Source: Acidobacteriota bacterium (GTDB lineage: Bacteria > Acidobacteriota > UBA6911). From it: 64,000 bases of DNA. Below are positions 19,634 to 30,648 of the stretch, in pieces (position 1 is the first letter of the stretch; every line of letters starts with the position of its first letter). The notes below the pieces were generated by a model that saw only the letters and a program-made list of their open reading frames with translations, was not told the origin of the DNA and searched no databases. Location: assembly GCA_963664705.1 (NCBI GenBank), contig OY761556.1, forward strand, positions 768,001 to 832,000, written 5' to 3'. A program made the translations under genes and the position numbers.

Positions 19634-20977
19634 TCAGCGGACAATGGTTCCCAGTAAATCGTGGCCCAGGGCGCGTGTGATTCGGATGATTCGAAATTCG
19701 CCGCTTTTCACTTCACCGATCTCGGAATCATTGATGAGACAAACGCCGTCAATTTCGGGCGCCTGTGATGCCATTCGGCCCTGCAACAGTAAATCGCTTT
19801 CTTCGGATGGACCCTCCACAAGGATGGGGAATTCCTTTCCAAGCAGACGCCGGTTTTGCCTGGATGCGATAGTTGCCTGCTGCTCCATCAAAATGCGCCG
19901 CCGACTTTCGGCGGTTCTGGCGGACACCTTTGGTTTCAGCCCGTGGGCTAGCGTATCTTCTTCGTCGGAATAGGTGAACACGCCCAGCCTTTCGAATTCC
20001 ATTTCCCTGCAGAAATTTTTCAATTCCAGGAAATCCTCTCTCGTTTCTCCAGGATACCCCACAATCATTGTCGTTCGAAAGGTAACACCGGGAATTCCGG
20101 CGCGGATGTGCTCGATGAGCCTGCTGAGACTTGCGCGATTTCCGCCGCGCCGCATGGACTTCAGTATGCTCGCACTTGCATGCTGCAGCGGCATATCAAT
20201 ATAACGGCAGATTTTTTCGCTCGCGTTGACGACTTGTATCAATTTGTCGCTGACAAGCTCCGGATAGACATAAAGGAAGCGGATCCACCGCAGTCCCTCG
20301 ACCTTATCGAGAGCTTCAAGCAGATTGGCCAGGCCGTCCTGCATCCCCACATCCGTGCCATAGCTGGTGGTGTCCTGCGAAATCAGGGTGATTTCCCTGG
20401 TTCCTTCGGAGGCAAGCCTCGAGGCTTCCTTTACAAGCGATGGGATTGTACGGCTGCGGAGGCGACCGCGTATTTTGGGGATGACGCAGAATGCGCAGGT
20501 GTGATCGCAACCCTCGGATATCTTCAGATAGGCGCTGTATTTCGGCCCAATCAACGTCCTTGGGGTTGTGTCGTCATAAAGGTAGAGATCCGCGTCGCTT
20601 CGGCCGTAGGAATCGGGCGGCGCAACCGGGTCGCCGGAAACGGCTTTGACGATTTCCTCGATCTGATTTGTGCCGAGGATTGCGTCCACCTCAACCAGAT
20701 CCGAGTGGATTTCCTTTGGATAACGCTCCGCAAGGCAGCCTGTAACAATCAGTTTTTTGCAGGAACCGGAGTTTTTGAGCTGCGCAGCGGAGAGGATCGT
20801 ATCAATGGATTCCTTTTTAGCGTCACCGATGAAGCTGCAGGTATTGACCACAATGACATCTGCATTGGCCGGATCGGTTTCGATAACATGTCCGTGTGCC
20901 TGCAACAGTCCGATCATCACTTCACTGTCGACGAGATTCTTAGCACAACCTAAACTGATAAAACCTATTTTTGCCAC
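19634..20977 (-). CDS. rimO: Ribosomal protein S12 methylthiotransferase
   Basis: SLGCAKNLVDSE, GCDHTCAFC, APEIDG TRAM domain. Confidence 0.95.
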   Translation of the reverse strand: MAKIGFISLGCAKNLVDSEVMIGLLQAHGHVIETDPANADVIVVNTCSFIGDAKKESIDTILSAAQLKNSGSCKKLIVTGCLAERYPKEIHSDLVEVDAILGTNQIEEIVKAVSGDPVAPPDSYGRSDADLYLYDDTTPRTLIGPKYSAYLKISEGCDHTCAFCVIPKIRGRLRSRTIPSLVKEASRLASEGTREITLISQDTTSYGTDVGMQDGLANLLEALDKVEGLRWIRFLYVYPELVSDKLIQVVNASEKICRYIDMPLQHASASILKSMRRGGNRASLSRLIEHIRAGIPGVTFRTTMIVGYPGETREDFLELKNFCREMEFERLGVFTYSDEEDTLAHGLKPKVSARTAESRRRILMEQQATIASRQNRRLLGKEFPILVEGPSEESDLLLQGRMASQAPEIDGVCLINDSEIGEVKSGEFRIIRITRALGHDLLGTIVR

Positions 20978-21100
20978 CTGTCACTCCCGAGGAGCTTTCC
21001 ATAGTAAGCTTCCAGGATCATTGTATCAAGTCCATGACCTTGCATTGCTGCAATGGCTCGGAAACTGTCCGAAATACTGGAGTCACCTAAGCCTATATTC

Positions 21101-23269
21101 TCAATGCTTTCTCCGGAGTGCAACCCGAAGTTCGCGAAGAAGAATTTCCGCATCGGTCCGGTGGAAAGGAGCTTCGGGTGGACCGAAGCGAATGGAATTG
21201 TATATTTTTGTCAAATCGAGAAACGGTTTCCCGGCGGGGTGTTGCCCGATACTCCGAGCGAATTCCAGGGGGGTCTGGGTAGCGCCGCGTTGCATTCCTT
21301 CTGCTCCAAGAGCGGCCAGAGCCTCCATATAAAAACTTGCCGCGACTTTCCGGCTGTTCCTTCGATGAATGAGGCGTTGCAGCCAGCCCGATGCGCGTGC
21401 CCGTATTGTGGCGGTTATGATAACGACGATAATGGCCATCAAGGGGATCCAGAAAGCCCATTTTCGCAACAGCCAGAAAGCCACCTCCTTGACGCTCAAG
21501 TCCTGCCACCCCTTTTTAAGGCGTTCCTGCAGTGTGCTCCAGTGATCCATCACGCTTCGGGCGGCACTATCGGCCTTGGACCGCGCATTCACGAGCACAA
21601 CGGCCTGCTTCGAAAAGTCGTAATTTATCACGCTGTCCCACCACCAGAGATCGATGGCGTCGGACAGGTTGGCCAGAATGAGCGAAAGCCCGGATTTGCG
21701 CTGCCCGCTGTCCGGAGGCGTCGGATCAAATTCAATCCAGCCATAAGGCGGGAAATATGCCTCCACCCAGCTGTGGGCATTGTATTGCCGCACTGTCCAG
21801 CTGTTGCCCAGACGATTGTATTCTCCCATGCGGAATCCGTTGACGAGTCTGGCGGGGATTCCGAGTTGTCGAAGCATGATTGTCATGGCGGATGCGAAAT
21901 ACTCGCAATGGCCGCTCCGGATATCGAAGAGAAACGCGGCCAGCGGGTCCGGGCTGCTCGGCTTTCCACGCAGGACAAGGCTGTAGCCATAATGGGTCCG
22001 AAGATATTGCTCCATCGCCAGGGCTTTTGAGTATTTATCCTTAAAGCCCTTTGTGATCTGTTGGGCCAGGGCTTTGATCCGCGGATCTTCCGGTGGAGTC
22101 TGGGTATACACACGGATAATCTCGGGCGGAATCGGCCGAAGGTCGGAGATATTTGCGGGGTCCGGCTGGACGGGATCGGAAACAACGGAATATCTCAGCT
22201 TCTTGTTCAAGGACCGCGGCGCATACAGATTTTCCGAGCCATCGCGCAGAAGCAGACCAACGTCGACAGAGACCGCAAGCGCCTTGGGCGTCGCAAAGAT
22301 CACATCAGTGGACAGAGCTTCCAGGAAAAAGGTTTGATGAATCCAGTCCGTTCCCTGCGTGGAATTTTCCAGCTTGTAATGCCTTCCCTGAATCGGTATT
22401 GAGCCGCGGATCTGATTGGTCCGTTGCCACGCCCGCCCGTCATAGTAGTCAAAGGCGAGGCCCCGCCACTTCAATTCTGCGTGCAGTTCCGAGGGATCAC
22501 GATCCAGCTTTACGCGCATGACGACAGCATCGGATTGCTTGATATTTCCTATCTGGCCCAGTTCGACTCTTTCTGAAAATCCGGTTGTGAACTGCATGTT
22601 GCCGGATGGCCTGCCGTACATCCCGTAGGTGATTCTTGGCAGAATGAAGAAGATCGGGATCGATACGATGATAACCAAAAGTGCTATCCCCACCACCATC
22701 ATTGCCAGGAGACCGGCGGGGAAGGCGGAGAACAATTCCATTCCTGTACCCTGAAACTGCCTCGGGACGAAAAGTGGTTGGACCGGGATCTCCTTTTGAA
22801 CGCGAGCGTTTGTTCGCCGCATTTCAAAAAGAACCAGGGTGCTGATTCCACAAAAAAGGAAAACCAGGAAGCAGACGGCAAAGACAATATTGACCGTCAG
22901 GGTGGATGCGGCGAGAAGCTCGGTCAGGCTGATCAGGTATAACAGGATGTAATCGCGATCCTTCGAAAGGGTTAATAGCTTAATGGCCGCGGTAAAGAGA
23001 AGCAGATGAAAGACCGAGAGAATGAGGGAGCGCGATAGAAAAAGATAGTCAAGGGCAAAGAAGGGAAGATATGTCAGGGCGAGGCAGTTCAGTATCCATA
23101 TGGGGATCCGGTTGCGCAAGGCGCCAGTGTCGAGAAACCAACTGGAGATGAAGGTAACGACAAAAAACAGGGCAGACGGCCAGTCGACCGCCCCAGTCGC
23201 CCAGATAGCTATGAATCCGGAGGCGAAAAGGCAATAGGAAGACAGTTTGAATGACCGCGCAAATGTCAT
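21101..23269 (-). CDS. Membrane transglutaminase-like protein (TgpA; DUF3488/DUF4129)
   Basis: N-terminal TM segments; GHCEYFAS, HSWVE, FDPTP Cys-His-Asp triad. Confidence 0.9.
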   Translation of the reverse strand: MTFARSFKLSSYCLFASGFIAIWATGAVDWPSALFFVVTFISSWFLDTGALRNRIPIWILNCLALTYLPFFALDYLFLSRSLILSVFHLLLFTAAIKLLTLSKDRDYILLYLISLTELLAASTLTVNIVFAVCFLVFLFCGISTLVLFEMRRTNARVQKEIPVQPLFVPRQFQGTGMELFSAFPAGLLAMMVVGIALLVIIVSIPIFFILPRITYGMYGRPSGNMQFTTGFSERVELGQIGNIKQSDAVVMRVKLDRDPSELHAELKWRGLAFDYYDGRAWQRTNQIRGSIPIQGRHYKLENSTQGTDWIHQTFFLEALSTDVIFATPKALAVSVDVGLLLRDGSENLYAPRSLNKKLRYSVVSDPVQPDPANISDLRPIPPEIIRVYTQTPPEDPRIKALAQQITKGFKDKYSKALAMEQYLRTHYGYSLVLRGKPSSPDPLAAFLFDIRSGHCEYFASAMTIMLRQLGIPARLVNGFRMGEYNRLGNSWTVRQYNAHSWVEAYFPPYGWIEFDPTPPDSGQRKSGLSLILANLSDAIDLWWWDSVINYDFSKQAVVLVNARSKADSAARSVMDHWSTLQERLKKGWQDLSVKEVAFWLLRKWAFWIPLMAIIVVIITATIRARASGWLQRLIHRRNSRKVAASFYMEALAALGAEGMQRGATQTPLEFARSIGQHPAGKPFLDLTKIYNSIRFGPPEAPFHRTDAEILLRELRVALRRKH

Positions 23270-24525
23270 AGTTCGTCGAAAAAAACCACATGCGAGGATC
23301 GCCAGACCGCTGACGGGAAGCTGCCTCGTGGTTGCGATGTAATAACAATCTTGAAAACCTTATCGGAGAGGATCTCCTGCAACGGTGCATTATTTGCGGA
23401 AACGGGAAAGCCGGATAAATCCCAGAGCCGGGATCTTTCCATGGACTTTACCTCGTACCCTACAACTGCAAGCGATCGAAGAATTCGATACAGGTGATCG
23501 ATCCCGGTTCCGCGAGGGACATATTCGTCGGGAGTAAGAAATTCGATTCCCGCCCCCTGTTCAAGAAAATAGGCGGCAATACTTGCCGCGAGAGATACGG
23601 CTTTTTCAAATCTTTCCCGCAATTGTGGATGCGATTCTTCGCTGACGCGCGTGTCCAGGATCAGACAAAACTTGCTGTCCTCATCCCGGGCATGCTCGCG
23701 GGCCATCAATGTGCCTGTCTTGGCAGTAGCCTTCCAATCGATTAGTCGTGCGCTTTCAGAGTCCTCATATTTGCGAATTGAAAAAAGGTTTTCACCCGGC
23801 CCTACATGAAGCCCTTCGAGTGTTCCGGGAAGAAAAGGGAGAAGATGAAAAAATGAAGAAATCTGCCGGATTAGCGGATAGACGAGCACCTCTCCGTTGG
23901 CTCCGATGCGTTCGCCTCGGCGGAAGAAGCCAAAGGGGAACCGCGTGGAAATCCAGAATCCGTCCAGGCTGTATACGCCGCGGTTGGGAAAGGATTGCAC
24001 TGTCAATTCAGAGCGAGTTTCCCCGGCGCGAAGGACGGGAAAATAGGCTGCCTGGCGCAGCATCGAGCGGTTGTCCTCGCGGTGTTCGATTGCGTTAATC
24101 CTGCGCGGCAGGAGCTTTCGGATACGCGAAACCAAAGACCGGCTTCTGCTCATTTCCGGGTCTTCCACACGAATGGAGAACGACGGGAATACGCGCTTCA
24201 GATTTCTGACCGAAACTTTGATGGAAACGCGCTCGCCGGCAAATACGTTTTCCGGGAGCTGCAGGGACAATGCGACCTGCTTCAGAGAGTTCCTCGAAAC
24301 GATGCCTGAAACGGCAATCATGGACAGCAGGGCAGACAGGATAATGAAAAGCAGGTTATTGCCGGTATTGATGGCGGCAAGGGAAAGAATGGATACGCAG
24401 GCCAGGTAGATAAGCCCTTCGCGTGTAATTCGAACGGAAAAAGGGAGCGCACGTCTGGCAGGGCGCGGATTGCCGATGCCCTGATTGGAATTAGAGCGGG
24501 ATTTCGACGCTCTGAAGTATTTCAC
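23266..24525 (-). CDS. DUF58 domain protein
   Basis: AAINTGNNLL, TRFPFGFF, IDWKATAK. The GTG start near 24525 is inferred. Confidence 0.85.
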   Translation of the reverse strand: MKYFRASKSRSNSNQGIGNPRPARRALPFSVRITREGLIYLACVSILSLAAINTGNNLLFIILSALLSMIAVSGIVSRNSLKQVALSLQLPENVFAGERVSIKVSVRNLKRVFPSFSIRVEDPEMSRSRSLVSRIRKLLPRRINAIEHREDNRSMLRQAAYFPVLRAGETRSELTVQSFPNRGVYSLDGFWISTRFPFGFFRRGERIGANGEVLVYPLIRQISSFFHLLPFLPGTLEGLHVGPGENLFSIRKYEDSESARLIDWKATAKTGTLMAREHARDEDSKFCLILDTRVSEESHPQLRERFEKAVSLAASIAAYFLEQGAGIEFLTPDEYVPRGTGIDHLYRILRSLAVVGYEVKSMERSRLWDLSGFPVSANNAPLQEILSDKVFKIVITSQPRGSFPSAVWRSSHVVFFDEL

Positions 24526-25444
24526 TGAGAATCGCCTCTGCCTCTTCGCTCCGCTTGTACGGCGAAGAGTATTTGGAACTAACCACCACCCTGTGGGCCA
24601 GAACCGGCAGTACGAGCTGCTTGACATCGTCGGGTATACAGTAGCCGCGACCCTCGAAATATGCCATTGCCTGCGCTGCACGCCGCAAAGCCAGGGATCC
24701 GCGGGGGCTGACTCCAATCAGCAGGAATTCCGAGCGCCGGGTGGCTTCAACAATGGTCATGATGTAGTCGAGCAGTGATTCCTCCACGCGAACCTCGCTT
24801 ACGAGCGCCTGTGCCTGCACAATGTCCTCGGCGCGCATCAGCGGCTGGATACTCTCCACATCAGGGATGCTGTGTTGACGTCGTAAAATATCCTTTTCCG
24901 CCTCGGCATCCGGATATCCCATCTTGATTCGAAGGAGGAATCGGTCCAACTGCGATTCGGGGAGCGGATAGGTTCCGTGATGCTCCACCGGGTTTTGCGT
25001 GGCGACGACCATAAACGGTCGCGGGAGTGAGTGGGTATGGCTGTCAACGCTGACGCTTCCTTCGCTCATAGCCTCCAGGAGTGCGCTTTGTGTTTTGGGT
25101 GTCGTACGGTTGATTTCATCCGCGAGCACGATATTGGCGAATATGGGGCCTCGTCGAAAATCGAATGCCTGGCTGGTCTGACTGAAAATCGAGACTCCCA
25201 AAATATCCGAAGGCAGCAGGTCGCTGGTGAACTGGATTCTGCGGAATGTGCAGTCAAAAACTCGGGCGAGAGAGTGGGCCAGCGTCGTTTTTCCGACACC
25301 CGGGACGTCTTCGATGAGCAGGTGGCCTTCAGCCAGCAGGCAGATGAGTGCCAGCTTGATCGCTTCCGGCTTGCCCCGGACCACCGTTGCTATGGCTTTC
25401 TGCAATTGAAGAGTTCTGGGCTCCAGGTCTACGGTCTTGGTCAT
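24491..25444 (-). CDS. MoxR-family AAA+ ATPase
   Basis: EDVPGVGKTT, RIQFTSDLLPSD, LADEINR, GTYPLPESQLDRF. Confidence 0.95.
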   Translation of the reverse strand: MTKTVDLEPRTLQLQKAIATVVRGKPEAIKLALICLLAEGHLLIEDVPGVGKTTLAHSLARVFDCTFRRIQFTSDLLPSDILGVSIFSQTSQAFDFRRGPIFANIVLADEINRTTPKTQSALLEAMSEGSVSVDSHTHSLPRPFMVVATQNPVEHHGTYPLPESQLDRFLLRIKMGYPDAEAEKDILRRQHSIPDVESIQPLMRAEDIVQAQALVSEVRVEESLLDYIMTIVEATRRSEFLLIGVSPRGSLALRRAAQAMAYFEGRGYCIPDDVKQLVLPVLAHRVVVSSKYSSPYKRSEEAEAILSEILQSVEIPL

Positions 25445-25474
25445 GTCGGTTCTCGCAGACACAAGTATACTGAA

Positions 25475-25509
25475 AGGAGACAGAAGTCAGAAGACAGAAG
25501 TCAGCAGGC
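25475..25509. repeat. Heptamer array (AGAAGTC/AGAAGAC)
   Basis: AGGAGAC AGAAGTC AGAAGAC AGAAGTC AGCAGGC, intergenic. Confidence 0.7.
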
Positions 25510-25512
25510 CGA

Positions 25513-26562
25513 TTAGAAGAGGTTTTTTTGATTGCCTGTGATTTTGATGCCGAAGTGTTCGAAGGACTTTTTTGTCGCCATTCTTCCGCGTGGGGTCCTG
25601 TCGAGGAAGCCTATCTGGATCAAATATGGTTCGTAGATATCCTCGATGGCATCTTCGTCTTCGCTGATGGCGGCAGCAAGCGAACTTACCCCTACCGGGC
25701 CGCCGTTATATTTCTCAATGATGGTAAGCATCAGCTTGCGGTCGATTTCATCAAATCCATAAGTGTCGACATCCATCATGGCGAGCGCGCTCATGGCGAG
25801 AGCCTTGGTAATTTTTCCATCGCCCTTCACTTCAGCATAGTCGCGCACGCGCCGGAGAAGGCGGTTGGCGATGCGCGGTGTCCCGCGACTGCGTGAGGCG
25901 ATTTCCAGGGCGCCTTCGTCATCGATCTCGACTCCCAGCGTTTGTGCGGATTGAAGCACGATCACGCGCAGGTCGGGACTGCTATAAAACTCCAGCCGAT
26001 GAATGATGCCGAACCTTCCGCGCAAGGGGGCTGTCAGGAGGCCGGCGCGGGTCGTGGCTCCCACGAGGGTAAACCGGGGCAGTGGCATTTTGATGCTTCT
26101 GGCTCCAGGCCCTTCTCCGATCACAATGTCGATATAGAAGTCCTCCATTGCGGGATAAAGAATTTCCTCAATGGCCGGGTGCAATCTGTGTATCTCGTCA
26201 ATGAAGAGAACATCGTTTGGCTTGAGGTTTGTCAGTATTGCCGCCAGATCGCCTCGTTTTTCGATGACGGGCCCGCTGGTGGTCCGGACGCTTACCTTCA
26301 TTTCGTTGGCGATGATGGTGGCCAGCGTGGTTTTTCCCAACCCGGGAGGTCCGTATAGAAGCACATGATCCAGAGCCTCCGATCTCTTCAGAGCCGCCTG
26401 GATGCTGATTTCAATGTTGTCTTTGACCTTTTGCTGGCCAATGTACTGGCGCAGGGTTTGCGGGCGCAGACTCTGTTCGTAGGATTTCTCGTTGGAGTCA
26501 AACGATGGGCTCAGAAGAGTGTGGGGTAATTCTTTTGTCACGATATCTCCAGGCCGTGTCAA
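25513..26562 (-). CDS. ruvB: Holliday junction helicase RuvB
   Basis: [34 protein letters not shown]. Confidence 0.97.
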   Translation of the reverse strand: MTRPGDIVTKELPHTLLSPSFDSNEKSYEQSLRPQTLRQYIGQQKVKDNIEISIQAALKRSEALDHVLLYGPPGLGKTTLATIIANEMKVSVRTTSGPVIEKRGDLAAILTNLKPNDVLFIDEIHRLHPAIEEILYPAMEDFYIDIVIGEGPGARSIKMPLPRFTLVGATTRAGLLTAPLRGRFGIIHRLEFYSSPDLRVIVLQSAQTLGVEIDDEGALEIASRSRGTPRIANRLLRRVRDYAEVKGDGKITKALAMSALAMMDVDTYGFDEIDRKLMLTIIEKYNGGPVGVSSLAAAISEDEDAIEDIYEPYLIQIGFLDRTPRGRMATKKSFEHFGIKITGNQKNLF

Positions 26563-27164
26563 CCGGCGAGTCGTCGCAATGTGTTCCGCAGGACTTCCTC
26601 AAACGTGCGTTCGCATTCCGCCGAACGCAATACAACCGCAAGCGCTTTCTCCGCGGAAGGACGAGGGTATCCCAAATTGACGAGGGCTGAAAGGATATCT
26701 TCCTCGAGGGGGGATGGCGCACCGCTCTGTCTGGAGGCTTCCACCTGTTCGGGCAAAAGAAAAGGCGTCATATGGGCCTTCAGCTCAAGCACCAGCCGTT
26801 CTGCCGTTTTTCGACCAACACCCGGGATGGCGGTGAGGCGGGTTAGATTGCCTTCGGCTATCGCTTGGGCAAGTTCTTCGACCTGGGCTCCGGACAGTAT
26901 GGTAATGGCCAGCTTGGGGCCAACGCCGCTGATCGAGAGCAGCCGCAGGAAGAGATCTTTCTCTCTCTGGGTATGAAAGCCGAAGAGTGTCAGCGCGTCC
27001 TCGCGGACATGCGTATGGATTTTGAGCGAGACTTCATTTCCTTCGGCCGGGAGTTCATAAAAGCTTGTCAGCGGGATAAACACCTCATAACCGATCCCAT
27101 GAACATCCACCAGGAGTGCATTGGGTTTCTTCTGTAACAGCTGTCCCCGTAAATATCCGATCAT
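26559..27164 (-). CDS. ruvA: Holliday junction binding protein RuvA
   Basis: [35 protein letters not shown]. Confidence 0.97.
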   Translation of the reverse strand: MIGYLRGQLLQKKPNALLVDVHGIGYEVFIPLTSFYELPAEGNEVSLKIHTHVREDALTLFGFHTQREKDLFLRLLSISGVGPKLAITILSGAQVEELAQAIAEGNLTRLTAIPGVGRKTAERLVLELKAHMTPFLLPEQVEASRQSGAPSPLEEDILSALVNLGYPRPSAEKALAVVLRSAECERTFEEVLRNTLRRLAG

Positions 27165-27214
27165 AGTTCCTTATTGGAGGATCTTGAATTGAAAGCGAAA
27201 TCTGCAAACCGCAA

Positions 27215-29323
27215 TTACCTGGGTGTTGCGTCCGGAAGACCTCCGTCCACCGGGATAGTTGCGCCGGTCGTCGGACTTTGTCTTGTTGCAAAAAACAAGA
27301 CAGCCTTTGCCACATGCTCAGCGGTGACTTTTGCTTTCAGGAGATTTCTGGTCCTGTAATATTCCTCGAGGCCTTCGGGACTTAGTCCTCTGGCTGCCAT
27401 TCGGTCCGGGCCGACTTCAGACCAGAGGCCGGATTTGCGGCTTCCGTGAGAAAAAACAGCATCTGGCGCCACCATGTTCACCCGGACATCCATATCCGCA
27501 AATTCCTGGCTTGCGATCCGCGCCAGCTGATGACCAGCCGCTTTTGTTGCGCTGTAGGCTCCGAATCTCGCTCCGGGCGCAAAGACATTTTTGGTCGATA
27601 CCAGCACGATATCGCCGCCGGTGCCCTGCAATTTGAACACGCGGGCGGATTCGGCAAGAGTAAGAAGCATCCCTTCCACGTTGATTTTTTCTATCTTCCG
27701 GAATACATCGAGGCTCAATTCCATAAGTCCCGATACATGAGCCACGCCGGCGTTGAGTACGACCAAATCAATGCCGCCCCAGTTGCGGATCACCGCGCCG
27801 AATCCCTCGGCAACGGAACCTTGATCGGTGATATCCAGCGGAGCTCCCATCACACGTGAACCATAACGGGACCGGAGTTCCTCTACCAGCCCATTCAGTG
27901 CATCACCGGGAAGATCCGTAACCGCGACATGACAGCCCTGCCGTAAGAGCTCTTCGGCAATGCCCGAGCCGATCGCTCCCGCCGCGCCCGTTATGAGCGC
28001 GATCTGCTTGCCAAGCGGAAGAGCCTTCTCTCCCTGCAATTTTGTATGCTGGAGTGTGCGGTATTCCATCTCGAACAGATCCTGTTCCTCCATGCCGCAA
28101 TAGGTCCCCATGGCGGCGATCTGCTCTTTGGTCGCAAGCGTATGCTCTGCGATATCCTTGACAATATCGGCCGTCGCCGCATCCTTGCCCGCGCAGAGAA
28201 CACCTAATCCCGGCAGGAGGATGACCCGTGGAGTGGATTCCATTCTTTCGACGCCGCAAGGCATTTCGCCCGCATGTCTTTCGATGTAGGCATTATAGGC
28301 GCTTGAATATTCCTGGACCGCCTTCGAAAACTGTTCCCGGAAATTTTTCAGATCGCTGAAATCGGGACTATCAACCCACATGTAAGTGGATTTGGTGCGA
28401 ATGAGATGATCGGAAGTCAGCGGCGGAGTCAAGGCCACTTCTCGTCCCCGGTCGGAATCGACGAGGTTCAAAGTGTTCTTGGTGATTAGCGGTCGCAGGA
28501 TAACCTTCGACCAATGATGATCGGAATCCTGGGTCGGGCTAGCCAGAATTCCGCGAATGATGGGAGCGATTTCGGTCAGCCTTTTCTCTGCCACCGAAGC
28601 CGGAGTGGATACGGCGCAGACGAGCGGGTTGTGCGAATGCTGCCGGAGGTACGCCTCCGCTTTGTTGGCAAGGTCAATGGTGGCGGTGTAAGACTCGCAA
28701 GCGCTTGCCCCCCAGGTCACGAGTCCATGCTGCATTAAAACGAGCGCCCTGGCTCCTGGATTGCTATCCAGCATATCGGCGACGGCTTTTGCCAGCCTGA
28801 AACCGGGAGCCACATAGGGCACTACCACAACATCCTCGCCGAGGGCCTCCCGAACCAGCTTCTCTCCCCCGCGTTGATTGGTAAGCGCCAGAATGGAATC
28901 GGGGTGAGTGTGATCGACGAACTTATTCGGCAGAAACGCATGGACGAGGGTTTCAATGGACGGGGATGCTGCCCGGGCGTCCAGCAGATGGGTGCGAAAT
29001 TCATTGACCATCTGCTCATCGGTAAGTTCCGAAACCGTTCTCAGCCGTTTCAGATAGTTGAGATCAAGTCCCGTGTAGCCATTGGGTTCGATGTGGGCAA
29101 GATTGTAGCCTGAAGCCTTGACGTAGACCGCTGGAACTAATTCGCCCCACAGATTTCTGTGCGTGGTCTTAACCGATGAATTGCCCCCGCCGTGCAAAAC
29201 CAGTTTGGATTCGGCCCCAATCAGGGAGGCGACGTAAAGCCCCACGGCCAAATCCTGCCCGCAGTGCTCCCCGTACTTCGCCACGAACTGAGCCGCTTTG
29301 TCATCAGACCAGCGGTTTTCCAT
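27215..29323 (-). CDS. Bifunctional class II aldolase / short-chain dehydrogenase (RhaD-SDR-like)
   Basis: LHGGGNSSVK, PSIETLVH, DHTH, ITGAAGAIG, YSATK. Confidence 0.9.
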   Translation of the reverse strand: MENRWSDDKAAQFVAKYGEHCGQDLAVGLYVASLIGAESKLVLHGGGNSSVKTTHRNLWGELVPAVYVKASGYNLAHIEPNGYTGLDLNYLKRLRTVSELTDEQMVNEFRTHLLDARAASPSIETLVHAFLPNKFVDHTHPDSILALTNQRGGEKLVREALGEDVVVVPYVAPGFRLAKAVADMLDSNPGARALVLMQHGLVTWGASACESYTATIDLANKAEAYLRQHSHNPLVCAVSTPASVAEKRLTEIAPIIRGILASPTQDSDHHWSKVILRPLITKNTLNLVDSDRGREVALTPPLTSDHLIRTKSTYMWVDSPDFSDLKNFREQFSKAVQEYSSAYNAYIERHAGEMPCGVERMESTPRVILLPGLGVLCAGKDAATADIVKDIAEHTLATKEQIAAMGTYCGMEEQDLFEMEYRTLQHTKLQGEKALPLGKQIALITGAAGAIGSGIAEELLRQGCHVAVTDLPGDALNGLVEELRSRYGSRVMGAPLDITDQGSVAEGFGAVIRNWGGIDLVVLNAGVAHVSGLMELSLDVFRKIEKINVEGMLLTLAESARVFKLQGTGGDIVLVSTKNVFAPGARFGAYSATKAAGHQLARIASQEFADMDVRVNMVAPDAVFSHGSRKSGLWSEVGPDRMAARGLSPEGLEEYYRTRNLLKAKVTAEHVAKAVLFFATRQSPTTGATIPVDGGLPDATPR

Positions 29324-29452
29324 ATGTCTATTCCATCCTCGTTCGGCCGCGGATGTGGGTGCATCCGATCGATCACCGTGAATCAAATCATTTTGCTTAA
29401 TCTGGAATGATCAGGAGAAAACCCAATACCTCCCGCATCCGGTATCGTACGC

Positions 29453-30355
29453 CTATCGTTTAGCCGAAGCTTGTTTCAGATCATTTTTCAGGGTCTGAAA
29501 GAGCTCAAAGGCTTCCGCAGGTTTGGCGTTATCATGAACAACGCTGCGCACTGCCTGGATCATTGCCGCCGGAGCGTCGGACTGGAATATGTTCCTGCCC
29601 ATGTCGACTCCTGCCGCACCTTCGCTTACGGCCTTGTAAGCCATTTCCAGCGCTTCCAGTTCCGGAAGCTTCTTCCCGCCTGCCATAACGACCGGAACCG
29701 GGCACGAGGCCGTCACGGTCTCAAACCCTTCCGGGACGTAATAGGTCTTGACGACGTGGGCTCCGAGTTCCGCGCAGATTCGGCAAGCCAGCCGGAAATA
29801 GCGTGCATCCCGCGTCATGTTTTTTCCCACCGCGGTAACTCCAAGGGTTGGGATCCCGTAGCGCGTTCCCATGTCGACCAACCGGGTCATGTTATGAATG
29901 GACTGGGTTTCGAACTCTCCTCCAATAAACACCTGGACCGCCATCGCGGAAACGTTCAGACGGAGCGCATCCTCCATATCAACCGCAATCTGTTCGTTTG
30001 AAAGCTCCTTGAGAATACTCGGGCCGCCGCTGGCTCTCATCACGATCGATCTTGATGTAGCGGAAGGGATGCTTGTTCTCAATATGCCGCGCGTCAGCAT
30101 CAGTGCATCGGAATAAGGGACCAGCGGTACGATGTTAACATCCACGCGTTCAAGTCCCGATGTTGGTCCCTGAAAATAGCCATGGTCAATAGCCAGCATC
30201 ACGGTTCTGCCAGAAGCCGGGTTAAAAATGCGAGCAAGCCTGTTCTGCATTCCCCAATCCAACGCGTTTGAACCCTTCAGGAAAAACGGTGTATTTTTCG
30301 CGGGGATGTCCAGGCAGTAATCCTTTGTATCGGTTGCGCCATCTACGTCCGGCAT
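29453..30355 (-). CDS. lsrF: LsrF-family thiolase/aldolase
   Basis: [43 protein letters not shown]. Confidence 0.9.
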   Translation of the reverse strand: MPDVDGATDTKDYCLDIPAKNTPFFLKGSNALDWGMQNRLARIFNPASGRTVMLAIDHGYFQGPTSGLERVDVNIVPLVPYSDALMLTRGILRTSIPSATSRSIVMRASGGPSILKELSNEQIAVDMEDALRLNVSAMAVQVFIGGEFETQSIHNMTRLVDMGTRYGIPTLGVTAVGKNMTRDARYFRLACRICAELGAHVVKTYYVPEGFETVTASCPVPVVMAGGKKLPELEALEMAYKAVSEGAAGVDMGRNIFQSDAPAAMIQAVRSVVHDNAKPAEAFELFQTLKNDLKQASAKR

Positions 30356-30473
30356 TTTTCAAATTTCCTTTCTCTGGCAGCTATTGCATCTGCCCGTATC
30401 GCTTTATCGCTAAAAATAAAACCATATGGTATATCAAGGCATGCTGTAAGACGAAGCCAAAAGTCAGTGTGTC

Positions 30474-30551
30474 GTGGGCAGTAGGCAGTGGGCCGCAGTG
30501 CAGCGGCCGGCAGGTAGCCCGCTACTCTCCTGCCTACTGCCTACTGACTAC
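30474..30551. repeat. Inverted heptamer arrays (GTAGGCA / TGCCTAC)
   Basis: GTGGGCA GTAGGCA GTGGGCC ... TGCCTAC TGCCTAC TGACTAC. Confidence 0.7.
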
Positions 30552-30648
30552 GGCCGTCCGCTCGTGTATAATGAATAACTTATAGATATCAATATGAGAT
30601 CTGCTACGAAGTCCGGCCTGATACCTACAGCAATGATTGGGAATAACA

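Noticed and set aside
21101-25444. MoxR - DUF58 - transglutaminase triad as a novel system
   Set aside because: Widely known conserved arrangement.
27165-27214. LexA box upstream of ruvA; missing ruvC
   Set aside because: No CACC-N7-CACC in this gap, so it gives no support for the motif. ruvC is often encoded elsewhere.
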